This document shows positions 35,265 to 45,108 of a DNA stretch of 64,000 nt, one piece after another. Every line of letters starts with the position of its first letter. The first letter of the stretch is position 1. The position numbers and the translations under genes were made by a program. The stretch covers positions 18,389-82,388 of the forward strand of contig JAWKRD010000035.1 in the NCBI GenBank assembly GCA_041389805.1, read 5' to 3'. The notes beneath the pieces were generated by a model that made no database searches, had not been told where the DNA came from, and was given only the letters and a program-made list of their open reading frames with translations. The stretch is from Polyangiaceae bacterium (GTDB taxonomy: Bacteria; Myxococcota_A; Polyangia; Polyangiales; Polyangiaceae).

Positions 35265-36725
35265 ATGAGCTCCTCTCCCCCAAATCCAAGCGCGGCAAAG
35301 CGGCCCTTGCCTGGCAGCTTTGGTGGCTGGGTGCGGAGGCACCCAAAGAAGCTCCTGGCGCTCTTGGTGTTGCTCGCCGTCCCTCTGGTGTTTCATGGCT
35401 ACGTCCTGCTGAGGAGCCGCATGCGGCCGCCGCAAGTCGAGCTGCGGCTGCTGACGCTGGGTGAATCCGCGGGGATTCGGCATGCGAGCTGGGGTGAGAA
35501 GGCAACGCTCGATATGTCGAGTGACTATGCGCGCCACATCGGCAAACTCGAAGAAGTACGGCTCGTTGGTACTGCGAGCCAAATCGGCCAGGCGCACGCG
35601 ACGCTCCTCAAGGCGGAGATGGATCGTACCGAAGAGGTGGTGTGGGGCCTCTTTCGCCAACACGTCTCGAGCCGTTTGGCGCGCGCGCTGCTGCTGGACA
35701 TGGCGCGGCTGCGTTATGCGGATCTGGACAGTGAGCTCAGCAGCGACCGGCGCCAGGAGATCGCGGCGCAGGCTGCGGCGTATCAGCCTGATCCCTTCGA
35801 CTCCGAGCTGCCAACCTACCAGCGCTTCGTGTTCCTGAACGCGCTCTATGACATCAGCCTGAGCTTCGAGCAGTCGCCGTTGATCGGCTGCACGACCTTC
35901 ACAGGAAGGACCGCCAGCGGCGCCGGAATGCTGGCGCGCGCCTTTGATTTCGAGGTGCATCCGATCTTCGACAAGGAGAAGATCGTGTTCCTCGTGCGTG
36001 AGGACGGTAAGTTGCCGTTTGCCTCCGTCGCGTGGGCGGGGCTCGTGGGCGTGGTGAGTGGCATGAACTCGGAGGGCGTTTCCGTGGTGGTTCACGGCGC
36101 GCGGGCGGGTGAGCCTGGCGTCGTTGGAGAGCCGGTCGTGCACGCGCTGCGGCGGGTGCTGTCCGAAGCGCACTCCACGAACGAGGCTGTGGCGCTACTT
36201 GCTGAGCGCGAGCCGCTCGTGAGCCATCTCGTGATCTTGAACGACGCCCGCGGCGATGCACGCGTGGTGGAGCGCGTGCCTGGACAGCCGAACGTCGTGC
36301 GTGGACTCGAGGGCGCCGCTTGCGTCACGAATCACCTGGAGGGGCCGAGTTCCAAGGATCCCAAGAACCGCAGGGTTCGTGAAATCACCTCCACGCTGCC
36401 GCGGCGCAAGCGGGGGGATGAACTCACGGCGGAGCAGGGCCCGACGCCGCTCACTCCAGAGGTCGCCGCTGACTGGCTTCGAGATCGCAAGCTCGCTGGC
36501 GGGCAGAGCCTCGAGCGCGGGGATCGACGGGCGATTGATGCAGGTATCGCGACTCACGCGATCATCGCGGACTCCGGCGCTCATCGCCTCTGGGTCAGCG
36601 AAGGGCCAAACCTCGACGGTGATTTCGTCGCGTTCGACCTCGAGCAATTGCTCGCCAGCGACTACGTACCTGCTGCGGGCGAAGCTCCACGCTCGCGCAT
36701 CCCGGGCCGCGCCAAAGCGCAGTGA
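35265..36725 (+). CDS. Peptidase C45 / acyl-CoA:6-APA acyltransferase-like Ntn-hydrolase family protein
   Basis: GCTTFTG nucleophile context and ASVAWAGLVGVVSGMNSEGVSVVVH. The start is uncertain; the GTG at about 35331 gives VRRHPKKLLALLVLLAV, a transmembrane segment. Confidence 0.6.
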   Translation: MSSSPPNPSAAKRPLPGSFGGWVRRHPKKLLALLVLLAVPLVFHGYVLLRSRMRPPQVELRLLTLGESAGIRHASWGEKATLDMSSDYARHIGKLEEVRLVGTASQIGQAHATLLKAEMDRTEEVVWGLFRQHVSSRLARALLLDMARLRYADLDSELSSDRRQEIAAQAAAYQPDPFDSELPTYQRFVFLNALYDISLSFEQSPLIGCTTFTGRTASGAGMLARAFDFEVHPIFDKEKIVFLVREDGKLPFASVAWAGLVGVVSGMNSEGVSVVVHGARAGEPGVVGEPVVHALRRVLSEAHSTNEAVALLAEREPLVSHLVILNDARGDARVVERVPGQPNVVRGLEGAACVTNHLEGPSSKDPKNRRVREITSTLPRRKRGDELTAEQGPTPLTPEVAADWLRDRKLAGGQSLERGDRRAIDAGIATHAIIADSGAHRLWVSEGPNLDGDFVAFDLEQLLASDYVPAAGEAPRSRIPGRAKAQ

Positions 36726-36814
36726 GCAAGCACCGCCAGAAGGCGCCGCGGGGCTTGCTCCGGGCGCAACCTCCTGTACGGTAGCGCCCGCTTCATCCAC
36801 GTTTGGAGGCTCGA

Positions 36815-37702
36815 ATGGCAATTGATTTCAAGGGTAAAGTCGCGATCGTAACCGGAGCAGGCAACGGCTTGGGCAAGAGCCATGCGTTGTCGCTCGCCAA
36901 GCTAGGCGCAAAGGTCGTCGTGAACGATCTCGGGGGCAGCGTTGATGGTTCCGGCGGCTCGAGCGACGCGGCGAACGCGGTCGTCGAGCAGATCCGCGCG
37001 GAAGGAGGCGAGGCCGTCGCCAACGGTGCTTCGGTCTCTGATCGTGTGGGCGCCGAGAGCATCGTGAAGACGGCGGTTGACGCGTTTGGCACCGTTGACA
37101 TCGTGATCAACAACGCCGGGATCTTGCGCGACCGCACCTTCGCCAAGGTGACCCTGGACGACTTCGAGCTGGTGGTAAACGTGCACTTGCTCGGCGGCGT
37201 GTACGTGACCAAGGCGGCGTGGCCCATCTTGCTGGAGAAGCAGTACGGACGCGTGGTGCTCACCACGTCCTCGAGCGGCCTGTACGGCAACTTCGGGCAG
37301 TCGAACTACGGTGCCGCGAAGCTCGGCCTGGTAGGGTTGATGAACACGTTGAAACTCGAAGGCGAGCGAAAGAACGTCAAGGTGAACTGCATCGCGCCCA
37401 TCGCGGCCACGCGCATGACGGAGAACCTTGGGATCCCTGAGGAAATATTCAATCGCCTCAAGCCCGAGCTGGTGACGCCGGCGGTGCTCTTCCTGTGTAG
37501 CGAAGGTGCGCCGAACGGCGTGACCATCGAGGCGGGCGCCGGTCACTACGCCAAGGTCGAGGTGATCGAGAGCGCTGGGGTGAACCTCGGGGACTCCGTG
37601 AGCGTCGATGACGTCGCTGGTGCCTGGGACAAGATCAGCGACATGACCGGCGCCAAGGCCTACAAGATGGGCGGCGAGGTCACCGCGAAGCTGGTCGGCT
37701 GA
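36815..37702 (+). CDS. SDR-family oxidoreductase (MFE-2 type hydroxyacyl-CoA dehydrogenase-like)
   Basis: VAIVTGAGNGLGKSHAL, NNAGILRD, and YGAAK in SNYGAAKLGLVGL. Confidence 0.85.
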   Translation: MAIDFKGKVAIVTGAGNGLGKSHALSLAKLGAKVVVNDLGGSVDGSGGSSDAANAVVEQIRAEGGEAVANGASVSDRVGAESIVKTAVDAFGTVDIVINNAGILRDRTFAKVTLDDFELVVNVHLLGGVYVTKAAWPILLEKQYGRVVLTTSSSGLYGNFGQSNYGAAKLGLVGLMNTLKLEGERKNVKVNCIAPIAATRMTENLGIPEEIFNRLKPELVTPAVLFLCSEGAPNGVTIEAGAGHYAKVEVIESAGVNLGDSVSVDDVAGAWDKISDMTGAKAYKMGGEVTAKLVG

Positions 37703-37966
37703 GCCGTGTGAATATCCCTGCCGGAGCAAGCCGCCCAGGCGCGCGTCGCCCGGGCCCGGCTCCGGCTGGCGAGTGCGCGGCTTCGCCGCGTCCGCTGTGT
37801 AGGTCGTGGGCAACGGGGTGTCGGTTCGAAACGACACTCGCGACATCGCGCGCAAAGCGCAGCCGGGTTCCGCCGTCGCAGCACGCAGGGGTACGCTCGC
37901 TCTAGGCCAGCGGACCATGGGGATTTCCCAGGTGATTCGCAGGGCCGCCCGCCAGAACATGCGCTT

Positions 37967-39310
37967 GTGCCACACCAGCCGGGTCGGCCCTCGCGTCCCA
38001 CCCGGCACACGGGTTGCAGCGCGCCGCGTGTGAACTCACCCGTCCTCGAAGTCGCTCGCCAACGGTCGGTCGACCTGACATTTCACGGAGGAGAAGAGGG
38101 GACGGCGCTCGAGCCCGGCAGCGTCGTCCAGGGGTACCACTTGCTCGCTCGCGTCGGTACCGGCGGAACGGCTCAGGTGTTTCAGGCGGTCGAGCTCGCC
38201 AGCGGACGCGTCGTGGCGTTCAAGACGGCGCTGCCGCGCTTGCGCGCGAACCAGAGCCTCGCAACACGTTGCCGTAGGGAAAATAGAATTGCGTCTCGGC
38301 TCGCCCACGAGAACATCGTGCGCGTCCACGACGCGGGAGAGCACGCCGGGGTGCCATTCTTGGTCATGGAGTGGCTCTCCGGAGAGAACTTGCGAGCGCA
38401 CCTGGTCGCGCGCGGCTCGCTTGAACCCGCGGAGGCGCTTCGGCTGATGCTCCCGGTCCTCGGGGCGGTCGCCTACGGCCACGCGATGGGGGTGATCCAC
38501 CGAGACATCAAGCTCGATAACATCGTCCTGCATCGGGAGCCGTTGGCTGATGGTAATTTCCGCGTGGTCCCAAAGCTCGTCGACTTTGGCGTGTCACGCT
38601 TGCTCGGTGCCACGGCGCTCACCCTGGACTCTCGCTCGAGTCTGCTCGGGACTCCTCAGTACATGGCGCCTGAGCAAGCGCGCGGCGAGGCCGACATAGG
38701 GCCTGCCGCGGACCAGCACGGCCTCGCGGTAGCGCTCTACGTGTTGCTGTGCGGAAACTTCCCGCGCTCCGGAGGGAACTTGAGTCAGCTCGTCAGTTGC
38801 GTGGCGCTGAGCGGTTTTACTCCCCTCTCGTCGCGCGCTCCGAGCCTGGATCCAGAGCTCGTTCGCATCGTGGAGCGGGGCATGGCGTGCGAGCCTCAGG
38901 ATCGCTTTGCGGATGTCGCTGCGTTTGCGCAGGCACTCAGCGGGTGGCTGCGGCGTTCGCAGGCGGACACCCTAGTGGAACCTGCGGTCACGCTTCCCAC
39001 CGCCTCGACTGCTTGGCTGCGTGGGGTTGGGGGGGAGAGCGAGCGGCACCTGGAGGACCCTCACCCCCAAACCCGTGAGCTGACCCACGGCACGTGGACG
39101 CTGCGGTCGCCGATCCAGGAGCGCACGCTGCCATCGCCGCCTTCGCTGCGCGCAGTGACGCTAGAAAGCGCACCGCCGAGTAGCTTGAGCGCTCCGGAGT
39201 CGCCGCTGCAAGTCCCCGCAGCGACGCCCAGCGACTGGGTGTGGCTGATGGTCGCTGGCTTGGTCGCGGCGCTGGTCGTCACCTCTTTGGTGCTCAGCGT
39301 CTTCGTTTAA
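37967..39310 (+). CDS. Ser/Thr protein kinase with a C-terminal transmembrane anchor
   Basis: GTGGTAQVF...VAFK, HRDIKLDNIVL, DFGVS, GTPQYMAPEQ, and the terminal WVWLMVAGLVAALVVTSLVL. The start is uncertain. Confidence 0.85.
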   Translation: MPHQPGRPSRPTRHTGCSAPRVNSPVLEVARQRSVDLTFHGGEEGTALEPGSVVQGYHLLARVGTGGTAQVFQAVELASGRVVAFKTALPRLRANQSLATRCRRENRIASRLAHENIVRVHDAGEHAGVPFLVMEWLSGENLRAHLVARGSLEPAEALRLMLPVLGAVAYGHAMGVIHRDIKLDNIVLHREPLADGNFRVVPKLVDFGVSRLLGATALTLDSRSSLLGTPQYMAPEQARGEADIGPAADQHGLAVALYVLLCGNFPRSGGNLSQLVSCVALSGFTPLSSRAPSLDPELVRIVERGMACEPQDRFADVAAFAQALSGWLRRSQADTLVEPAVTLPTASTAWLRGVGGESERHLEDPHPQTRELTHGTWTLRSPIQERTLPSPPSLRAVTLESAPPSSLSAPESPLQVPAATPSDWVWLMVAGLVAALVVTSLVLSVFV

Positions 39311-39322
39311 ATCCTCGCGGAA

Positions 39323-39811
39323 CTACATGTAGTGCCTGCGGCGGCTCATGAAGCGGCCGGGCGGCGCTTCCGCAAAGCCAAACTTGCGGTACAGCTCGTG
39401 AGCGTCATGGGTGCCGAGCAAGCACAGCCTGAGCGGCTCGAGCTCCGGCTGAGCCAGCACCGTCTTGACCAGCCAGGTGCCTAGGCCACGCCCCCGATGT
39501 TCTTCGCCCACGATCACGTCGCACAGGTAGGCGAAGGTCGCGGCGTCGGTGACCAGCCGCGCGAAGCCGACCTGACGCTCGGGAGCCCCGGCTTGTTCCG
39601 GCAGTTCGTACAAGCCGAAGCACCAGGAGCCGCGCACGGCGCCTTCGACCACCTCGGGCGGGATCCCTTGCGCCCAGTAGCTGTGCTGAAGCTGCCAAGT
39701 GAGCCAGTCGAGCTGGATCCGGGCCCGCTCGGTGCTGATCACGTGAGCACCTTGGGAGCTCTGCCGCGACCAGCGGCGTGGCTCGCCAGTTAGTGAAGCG
39801 ACGTGTTGCAT
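39323..39811 (-). CDS. GNAT family N-acetyltransferase
   Basis: VGFARLVTDAATFAYLCDVIVGEEHRGRGLGTWLV...HELYRKFGF. Confidence 0.7.
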   Translation of the reverse strand: MQHVASLTGEPRRWSRQSSQGAHVISTERARIQLDWLTWQLQHSYWAQGIPPEVVEGAVRGSWCFGLYELPEQAGAPERQVGFARLVTDAATFAYLCDVIVGEEHRGRGLGTWLVKTVLAQPELEPLRLCLLGTHDAHELYRKFGFAEAPPGRFMSRRRHYM

Positions 39812-39927
39812 CCCGCTGATTTGGGGCAACGTACGCGGCACCTCCAGGGACAGCGGCTGAATTGCCTCGTGGACAGACGCGCGCCATGTGGCCCCCACCC
39901 GCGGGCTGGGGTATGCGTTCGGCCGCC

Positions 39928-41130
39928 ATGAGCAACACCTCCGAGCTAGTGCAGGTTGCCAAAGCGAACCTGTATCCGAACTACCGCCAGCCCGATTTGG
40001 TCTTTGGTCACGGTCGTGGAGCCGAGCTCTTCGACCTCGATGGGAAGCGCTACATCGATCTGTTCGCGGGCATCGCCGTGAGCACGCTGGGACACGCTCA
40101 TCCCAAGCTCGTCGCCGCGATCAGCGAACAGGCTGGCAAGCTCCTGCACCTGTCGAACTACTACTACAACGAGCAGAACGTGCGATTGGCCGAGCGCCTG
40201 TGTCGCCTGACCAACATGGAGCGCGCGTTCTTCTGTAGCTCAGGCACGGAAGCCATCGAGGCGATGCTCAAGCTCGCGCGGCGCCACTACTGGGCCAAGG
40301 ATCAGAAAGACCGCGTGCGTGTGATCGCCTTCAACAAGGCGTTCCACGGTCGAACCTTGGGCGCGCTCGCGGCGACTGGTCAGCCGAGCTACCAGGAGGG
40401 CTTCGGTCCGCTCTCTCCGACGACTCACGTCAACTTCGGCGACCTCGACGCGGTGAAGGCGGCGATGGGCGACGACGTGTGCGGCATCATCGTGGAAGCG
40501 GTCCAAGGTGAAGGCGGCGTGACGCCGGCGCCAGAAGGCTTCCTCCAGGGGCTGCGTGAGCTGTGCACGAGCGCTGGAGTGCTCTTGCTCGGCGACGAGG
40601 TGCAAACCGGCGTCGGGCGCTGCGGAACGTTTCTTGGCTTCCAGAGCTTCGGCGTGGAGCCTGATGCGATCGCGCTCGCCAAGGGCCTCGGCGGCGGCGT
40701 GCCGATTGGCGCGATGGCTTGTAAGCCCTTCTTGATCGACGCGTTGCCTCCCGGAAGCCACGGCAGCACCTTCGGTGGTAGCCCGCTTGCGTCGGCAGCA
40801 GCCAACGCCGTGCTCGACGTGATGGAGGAGACCCAGCTGATGGAGCATGTGTCCAAGGTCGGCGGCTACCTTGGTCAGCAACTCGCGAATCTCGCGGAGA
40901 AGCACGGGAAGATCGCCGCTGGCGCACGCGGTCGCGGCCTCTTGCAGGCGCTGGTGCTGAAGGAAGGCGTGGACGCGCGGGGTGTCGTGGAAGCGCTGCG
41001 CGAGAAGGGCGTGCTGGTGACGGTGGCCGGTGGCGTCGCGCTGCGCTTCACTCCGCCCCTCAACATCGAGCAGCCGCTGCTCGACGAGGCGCTGAAGATC
41101 GTCGACGAGGTCCTCGGAGGTGTGGCGTGA
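39928..41130 (+). CDS. argD: Acetylornithine aminotransferase
   Basis: Class-III aminotransferase motifs are present (FCSSGTEAIEAMLKLAR, DEVQTGVGRCGTF, LAKGLGGGVPIGA). The gene sits immediately upstream of argF. Confidence 0.85.
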   Translation: MSNTSELVQVAKANLYPNYRQPDLVFGHGRGAELFDLDGKRYIDLFAGIAVSTLGHAHPKLVAAISEQAGKLLHLSNYYYNEQNVRLAERLCRLTNMERAFFCSSGTEAIEAMLKLARRHYWAKDQKDRVRVIAFNKAFHGRTLGALAATGQPSYQEGFGPLSPTTHVNFGDLDAVKAAMGDDVCGIIVEAVQGEGGVTPAPEGFLQGLRELCTSAGVLLLGDEVQTGVGRCGTFLGFQSFGVEPDAIALAKGLGGGVPIGAMACKPFLIDALPPGSHGSTFGGSPLASAAANAVLDVMEETQLMEHVSKVGGYLGQQLANLAEKHGKIAAGARGRGLLQALVLKEGVDARGVVEALREKGVLVTVAGGVALRFTPPLNIEQPLLDEALKIVDEVLGGVA

Positions 41131-42038
41131 CTCGGCACTTCATTGAACTCGCGGATTTGGGTGAGGGGGGCATCGTGCGCGCCCTGGATAGCGCCGATCG
41201 TTTCCTGGAGACCCGGGGCACCGCGGAGCATCCTCGCCCGCTGACGGGCAAGAGCATCGGCCTGGTGTTCCAGAAGGCCAGCACCCGCACGCGGCTCTCG
41301 CTGGAAGTCGCGGTCAGTGAGCTCGGAGGTCACCCGGTGGTGCTCACCTCGAGCGGCTCTCAGCTGGGGCGCGGTGAGCCGATCAAGGATACGGCGCGGG
41401 TGCTCGGGCGCATGGTGCACGGCATCACCTTCCGCACCTTCAGTCACGCCGAGCTGATGGAGATGGTGGACTACGCCGGTGTGCCGGTGCTCAACGCCTT
41501 GACCGACGCGGGTCACCCGATGCAAATCCTCGCGGATTTGCAGACGGTGCGCCGCAAGCTGGGCAAGCTCGCGGGGCTCAAGTACTGCTGGCTCGGCGAC
41601 GGCAACAACATGGCCAACAGCTGGATAGAAGCGGCGGGCCTCTTGCAGCTGGAGCTCGCCCTGGCGTGCCCCGAGGGTTACGACCCGGATGCTGCCGTGG
41701 TCAGCAAGGCCAAGGAGCGCGGCGCCAGGCTCCGCATCGTGCGGCGCCCCGAAGAGGCGATCGAAGGCGCTGACGTGGTGAGCACCGACGTGTTCACCAG
41801 CATGGGCCAGGAGGCGGAGAGCGCCGCGCGGCTCAAGGCGTTCGCCGGCTACGAGCTGAACGAAGCGCTGCTCGGTAAGGCAGCGGCGAAGTCCATCGTG
41901 CTCCACTGCCTGCCGGCGCACCGCGGAGAAGAAATCTCCGAGGCGGTGCTCGAAGGTCCGCACAGCGTGGTGTGGGACGAGGCAGAGGCGCGGCTGCACA
42001 CTTCCAAGGCGCTCTTCGCCTGGGCGTTTGGTGGCTAG
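41127..42038 (+). CDS. argF: Ornithine carbamoyltransferase
   Basis: FQKASTRTRLSLE, HPMQILADL, CLPAHRGEE. The GTG start overlaps the argD stop. Confidence 0.9.
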   Translation: MTRHFIELADLGEGGIVRALDSADRFLETRGTAEHPRPLTGKSIGLVFQKASTRTRLSLEVAVSELGGHPVVLTSSGSQLGRGEPIKDTARVLGRMVHGITFRTFSHAELMEMVDYAGVPVLNALTDAGHPMQILADLQTVRRKLGKLAGLKYCWLGDGNNMANSWIEAAGLLQLELALACPEGYDPDAAVVSKAKERGARLRIVRRPEEAIEGADVVSTDVFTSMGQEAESAARLKAFAGYELNEALLGKAAAKSIVLHCLPAHRGEEISEAVLEGPHSVVWDEAEARLHTSKALFAWAFGG

Positions 42039-42047
42039 AATTAGCGT

Positions 42048-44327
42048 ATGGATACGGAGCTGACGCCGTCGCCGGCAGCGGGCGCGAGGGACTCCGCGGG
42101 ACTCCTGCGGGTCGCTGAGCGGCCTTGCGACCGCTGCGGCAAGCCCGTCGATCCGCTGCGGGCGCCGCGTGTCGCGATCTTCCATGATCGCTTTCATTAC
42201 TTCTGCTCCGCGGATTGTCGCGAGACGTTCGACCCAGAGAACGCGGCACCGCAGCTGCCTGCGCCGCGGCGCATGGGGGCGCTGCGTCAGGAAGACGTGA
42301 TCGCGACCCTGGCGCAGACTCCGGAAGATCTCGGGTTGCGCCAGAAGACGGCGGAGGCGCTCAGCGAGATCGTCGAGGCGGGTATCGAAGGCGGTGGCCT
42401 CTCGGACTTGGACGAGCTCGGCCCGACGGCAGATCCTCGGGGAACAGCCGTCGAGGTGGTCGAGCCGACGGACCTGCCCACCTTGATGGTCTTGATGGCG
42501 GGCCTCGCGGGCCTGCTGTCGCTCTTGTTGTCCCTTGCGGGTGACTTCCGCGCGTTGATTTTCATCCGCGCGATCGTGTTGGTGGTGGGCAATGCCGCCC
42601 TGGTGGCGCGCTACTTCGCCGGTGCTCGAGACGCGACGGAGCCTCACCCGGCAGCGCTGATGGGCGCGCCCTTGACCGCGGCGTTGGTCACGCTGGGGAC
42701 ATCCCTCAGCTCCGGTCCGAACGAAATCGTCAACGTCGCGGGTGCCGCGCTGGTCGCGAGCGCGGCGGGGATCTGGCTGGTGCAGCGCGCGCGGCGTCCG
42801 ATCGAGGCGGAGCGGGAACACATCCAGACGTCCCTCTCGGCGGCGACACGGCGCGTCGTCGGGCAGGAGCTGGCGCCAGCGACTGCGAACGAACTACATC
42901 CCGGCGAAGAGATCTTGATCGAAGCCGGAGAGACGGTGCCCGCCGACGTCAGCATCATTGCGGGCGAGGCGCAGGTGCTGCCGTGGCTCGGCGCGAACCA
43001 GAGCGAAGCGCGGGGCGAGGGTGACTCCCTGGTCGCAGGCGCGAGGGTCGTGCAGGGTCGGGTCCGCGCGGTGGTCGCGTGGTCGGGTCTCGACCGAGCC
43101 TGGGTACGCTTGACCAACGATCCGCGTCGCCGCGCGGAATTGATTGCGCCCAGCGCGCGCGCGGGTCGCCTGCTCGCCGAGCGCGGCGGTCCTGCGCTCG
43201 GTCTGGTGGCGGGGCTTGCTGCGCTTGCAGCTGGCGCATCCTGGGTCGGTGTCATCGCCTACGTGGTTGCAGCCCAAGCTGCCGTGGCGACGGCAGGTGT
43301 GGCGCAGATCGGTGGACTCCACGTGGGGCTCGGCGTGTTGTCCGCGCTGCGGCGCGGGGTTGCCTACCGCAGCGCTGCGGCGTTCGAGAAGGCGGGACAC
43401 GCGACGGTCGGTGCGTTCTGTGCCCGCGGCACGTTGCTTCTGGGCGAGCCCGAGGTCGCCAGTATCGAGGTGTTCGGCAGCGATCCGCCGGAGCGCATCC
43501 TCGGATGGGTTGCTGGCGCCGAGGCGGGTTCCACACATCCTGTAGCTGTTGCGGTCACCCGCGCCGCGCGAGATCGCGGCGTGCGCGCCGATGGCGTGCG
43601 CAGCTTGACGACTCTGCCCGGGTTAGGCGTCGTGGGCGTCACTTCAGGTGGTGAGGCGCTCGCCGTCGGCAGCCGCGCGCTGATGCTGCGCGAGCGAATC
43701 GGCGTGGCCAGCGCTGAAGCGCGCATCAACGAGCTCGAGGGCATGGGGCGCACGGCGCTCTTGGTCGCGGTGGGCGAGCGCCTGGTCGGCCTGGTGGGCC
43801 TGCAAGATGGCTTGCGGCCTGGTGCGCGCGCGGCGGTGCAGTACCTGCTGGATGCGAGCATCGAGCCGGTGCTGATCAGCGGTGACGCGCGGGAGACCTG
43901 CGAAGCGCTTGGGCGCTCGCTGGACATCGATCATATCCGCCCGGAAATATTGCCGGCGGACCGTGGCGCGGAGATCAAGCGTCTGGCCGATGCTGGAGCG
44001 CAGGTGGTGGTGTTTGGGCGTAGCCCAGCGGATGACGTCGCTTTGGGGGCGGCCGATGTGTCGGTGGCGCTCGCCTCGGCTGGATCGATCAGCGCCGAGT
44101 GGAACGTGCAGCTCGCGACGGACGCGATTCGAGATGCTGCCTTCGCGGTCGCCGTTGCCGGGCGCGCGCGTCGCGAGGCGCGCCTCGGTGTGCTGATCGC
44201 AGTGCTGCCTGGGGTGGTCGGTGTGGCGACGATGGCGGTTGGTGCGTTGAGCCCAGCGGTGACGCCTATCCTGGCGCTGCTTGGGACTGGCGCCGCCGTG
44301 CTGCGGAGCAGCAGCCAGTCCGGTTGA
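42048..44327 (+). CDS. P1B-type ATPase homologue with an N-terminal TRASH-type Cys motif and degenerate catalytic motifs (putative pseudo-ATPase)
   Basis: CDRC-x22-CSADC matches C-x2-C-x19-22-C-x3-C. The A, P and N domains align by eye to CopA-like pumps, but TGES is GANQ, CPC is absent, DKTGT is CARGT and GDGIND is GRSPAD. Confidence 0.75.
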   Translation: MDTELTPSPAAGARDSAGLLRVAERPCDRCGKPVDPLRAPRVAIFHDRFHYFCSADCRETFDPENAAPQLPAPRRMGALRQEDVIATLAQTPEDLGLRQKTAEALSEIVEAGIEGGGLSDLDELGPTADPRGTAVEVVEPTDLPTLMVLMAGLAGLLSLLLSLAGDFRALIFIRAIVLVVGNAALVARYFAGARDATEPHPAALMGAPLTAALVTLGTSLSSGPNEIVNVAGAALVASAAGIWLVQRARRPIEAEREHIQTSLSAATRRVVGQELAPATANELHPGEEILIEAGETVPADVSIIAGEAQVLPWLGANQSEARGEGDSLVAGARVVQGRVRAVVAWSGLDRAWVRLTNDPRRRAELIAPSARAGRLLAERGGPALGLVAGLAALAAGASWVGVIAYVVAAQAAVATAGVAQIGGLHVGLGVLSALRRGVAYRSAAAFEKAGHATVGAFCARGTLLLGEPEVASIEVFGSDPPERILGWVAGAEAGSTHPVAVAVTRAARDRGVRADGVRSLTTLPGLGVVGVTSGGEALAVGSRALMLRERIGVASAEARINELEGMGRTALLVAVGERLVGLVGLQDGLRPGARAAVQYLLDASIEPVLISGDARETCEALGRSLDIDHIRPEILPADRGAEIKRLADAGAQVVVFGRSPADDVALGAADVSVALASAGSISAEWNVQLATDAIRDAAFAVAVAGRARREARLGVLIAVLPGVVGVATMAVGALSPAVTPILALLGTGAAVLRSSSQSG

Positions 44328-44333
44328 GCCAGC

Positions 44334-45074
44334 TCAACGGGGGCGCAACTTAGCGTTGGCTTCGAGCTCGGCGATCGCTTCATCCGTCGTGAGGATCTTG
44401 GCGTAGCGATCGCGCAAGGTGTTCAGCGATGAGTTGTGGAGCTCCGGGGTCACCGTGGCGCAGGCATCCTCAATCACACTCGTGAAGAAGCCGAGATCGC
44501 TCGCGTCGCGCGCGGTCGTCTCGACGCACTCATTGGTGTAGACGCCGCACATGAACAGCGCGGAGATCTCCATGTTGCGCAGCACGAACTCGAGGTTGGT
44601 CGAGACGAAGACGCCGCTCGCGGTCTTGCTGAACACGATCTCGTCGCCTTGAGGTGCAACCTGTTCGATGAACTCCGCGTCTTTCGAGCCCGGCGCGGCG
44701 TGTAGGCCGAGGCGCTTGTGCCCGGGGCTGCGATCGCGGCCATCACGGGTGAGCGACATGATGCGCGTGTGGATCACCTCCAGGTGATGCCCTCGAAACG
44801 CATCCTGCAACCGCCGGATGTTGGGCAGCGTGAGCGTTTCCAAGCGATTGAAGTAGTACTCCTGCGCATCTGCCGGCACGCCGGACTTCATCGCGTCCGC
44901 GAACACTCCATGACCCCGCGCGGCGTCCAGGTACTGCACGTCGATCACCAGCAATGCGACGGTGCGATGCGCGATCGCTTCCTGGGCCTCGGGCGCTTCG
45001 GTGACCGCCTCGCGGTAGACGTCCTTAAGCGGATCGATGTTCGAGGCTGCGTCCAAGCTCAATTCAATTTCCAT
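44334..45074 (-). CDS. Isochorismatase-family cysteine hydrolase
   Basis: VALLVIDVQ..., SKTASGVF, and FMCGVYTNECVETTARDA (catalytic Cys context). I prefer the ATG at 45074 over the track start at 45119. Confidence 0.8.
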   Translation of the reverse strand: MEIELSLDAASNIDPLKDVYREAVTEAPEAQEAIAHRTVALLVIDVQYLDAARGHGVFADAMKSGVPADAQEYYFNRLETLTLPNIRRLQDAFRGHHLEVIHTRIMSLTRDGRDRSPGHKRLGLHAAPGSKDAEFIEQVAPQGDEIVFSKTASGVFVSTNLEFVLRNMEISALFMCGVYTNECVETTARDASDLGFFTSVIEDACATVTPELHNSSLNTLRDRYAKILTTDEAIAELEANAKLRPR

Positions 45075-45108
45075 AGCCTGACTCTTCTGGTTTTTCTTGG
45101 GGGGGAGG

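Noticed and set aside
40875-42821. Very long antisense ORFs (this 648-aa one, plus 606-1460, 35211-36173, 36902-38008, 48700-49716, 55035-56183, 57627-58367 and 59304-60302 on the minus strand, and several plus-strand ones such as 6586-7506 and 15008-16120).
   Set aside because: They lie opposite genes with clear family signatures and are Arg/Pro/Ala/Gly-rich with no recognisable motifs. This is the expected shadow-ORF artefact of a ~70 % GC genome.
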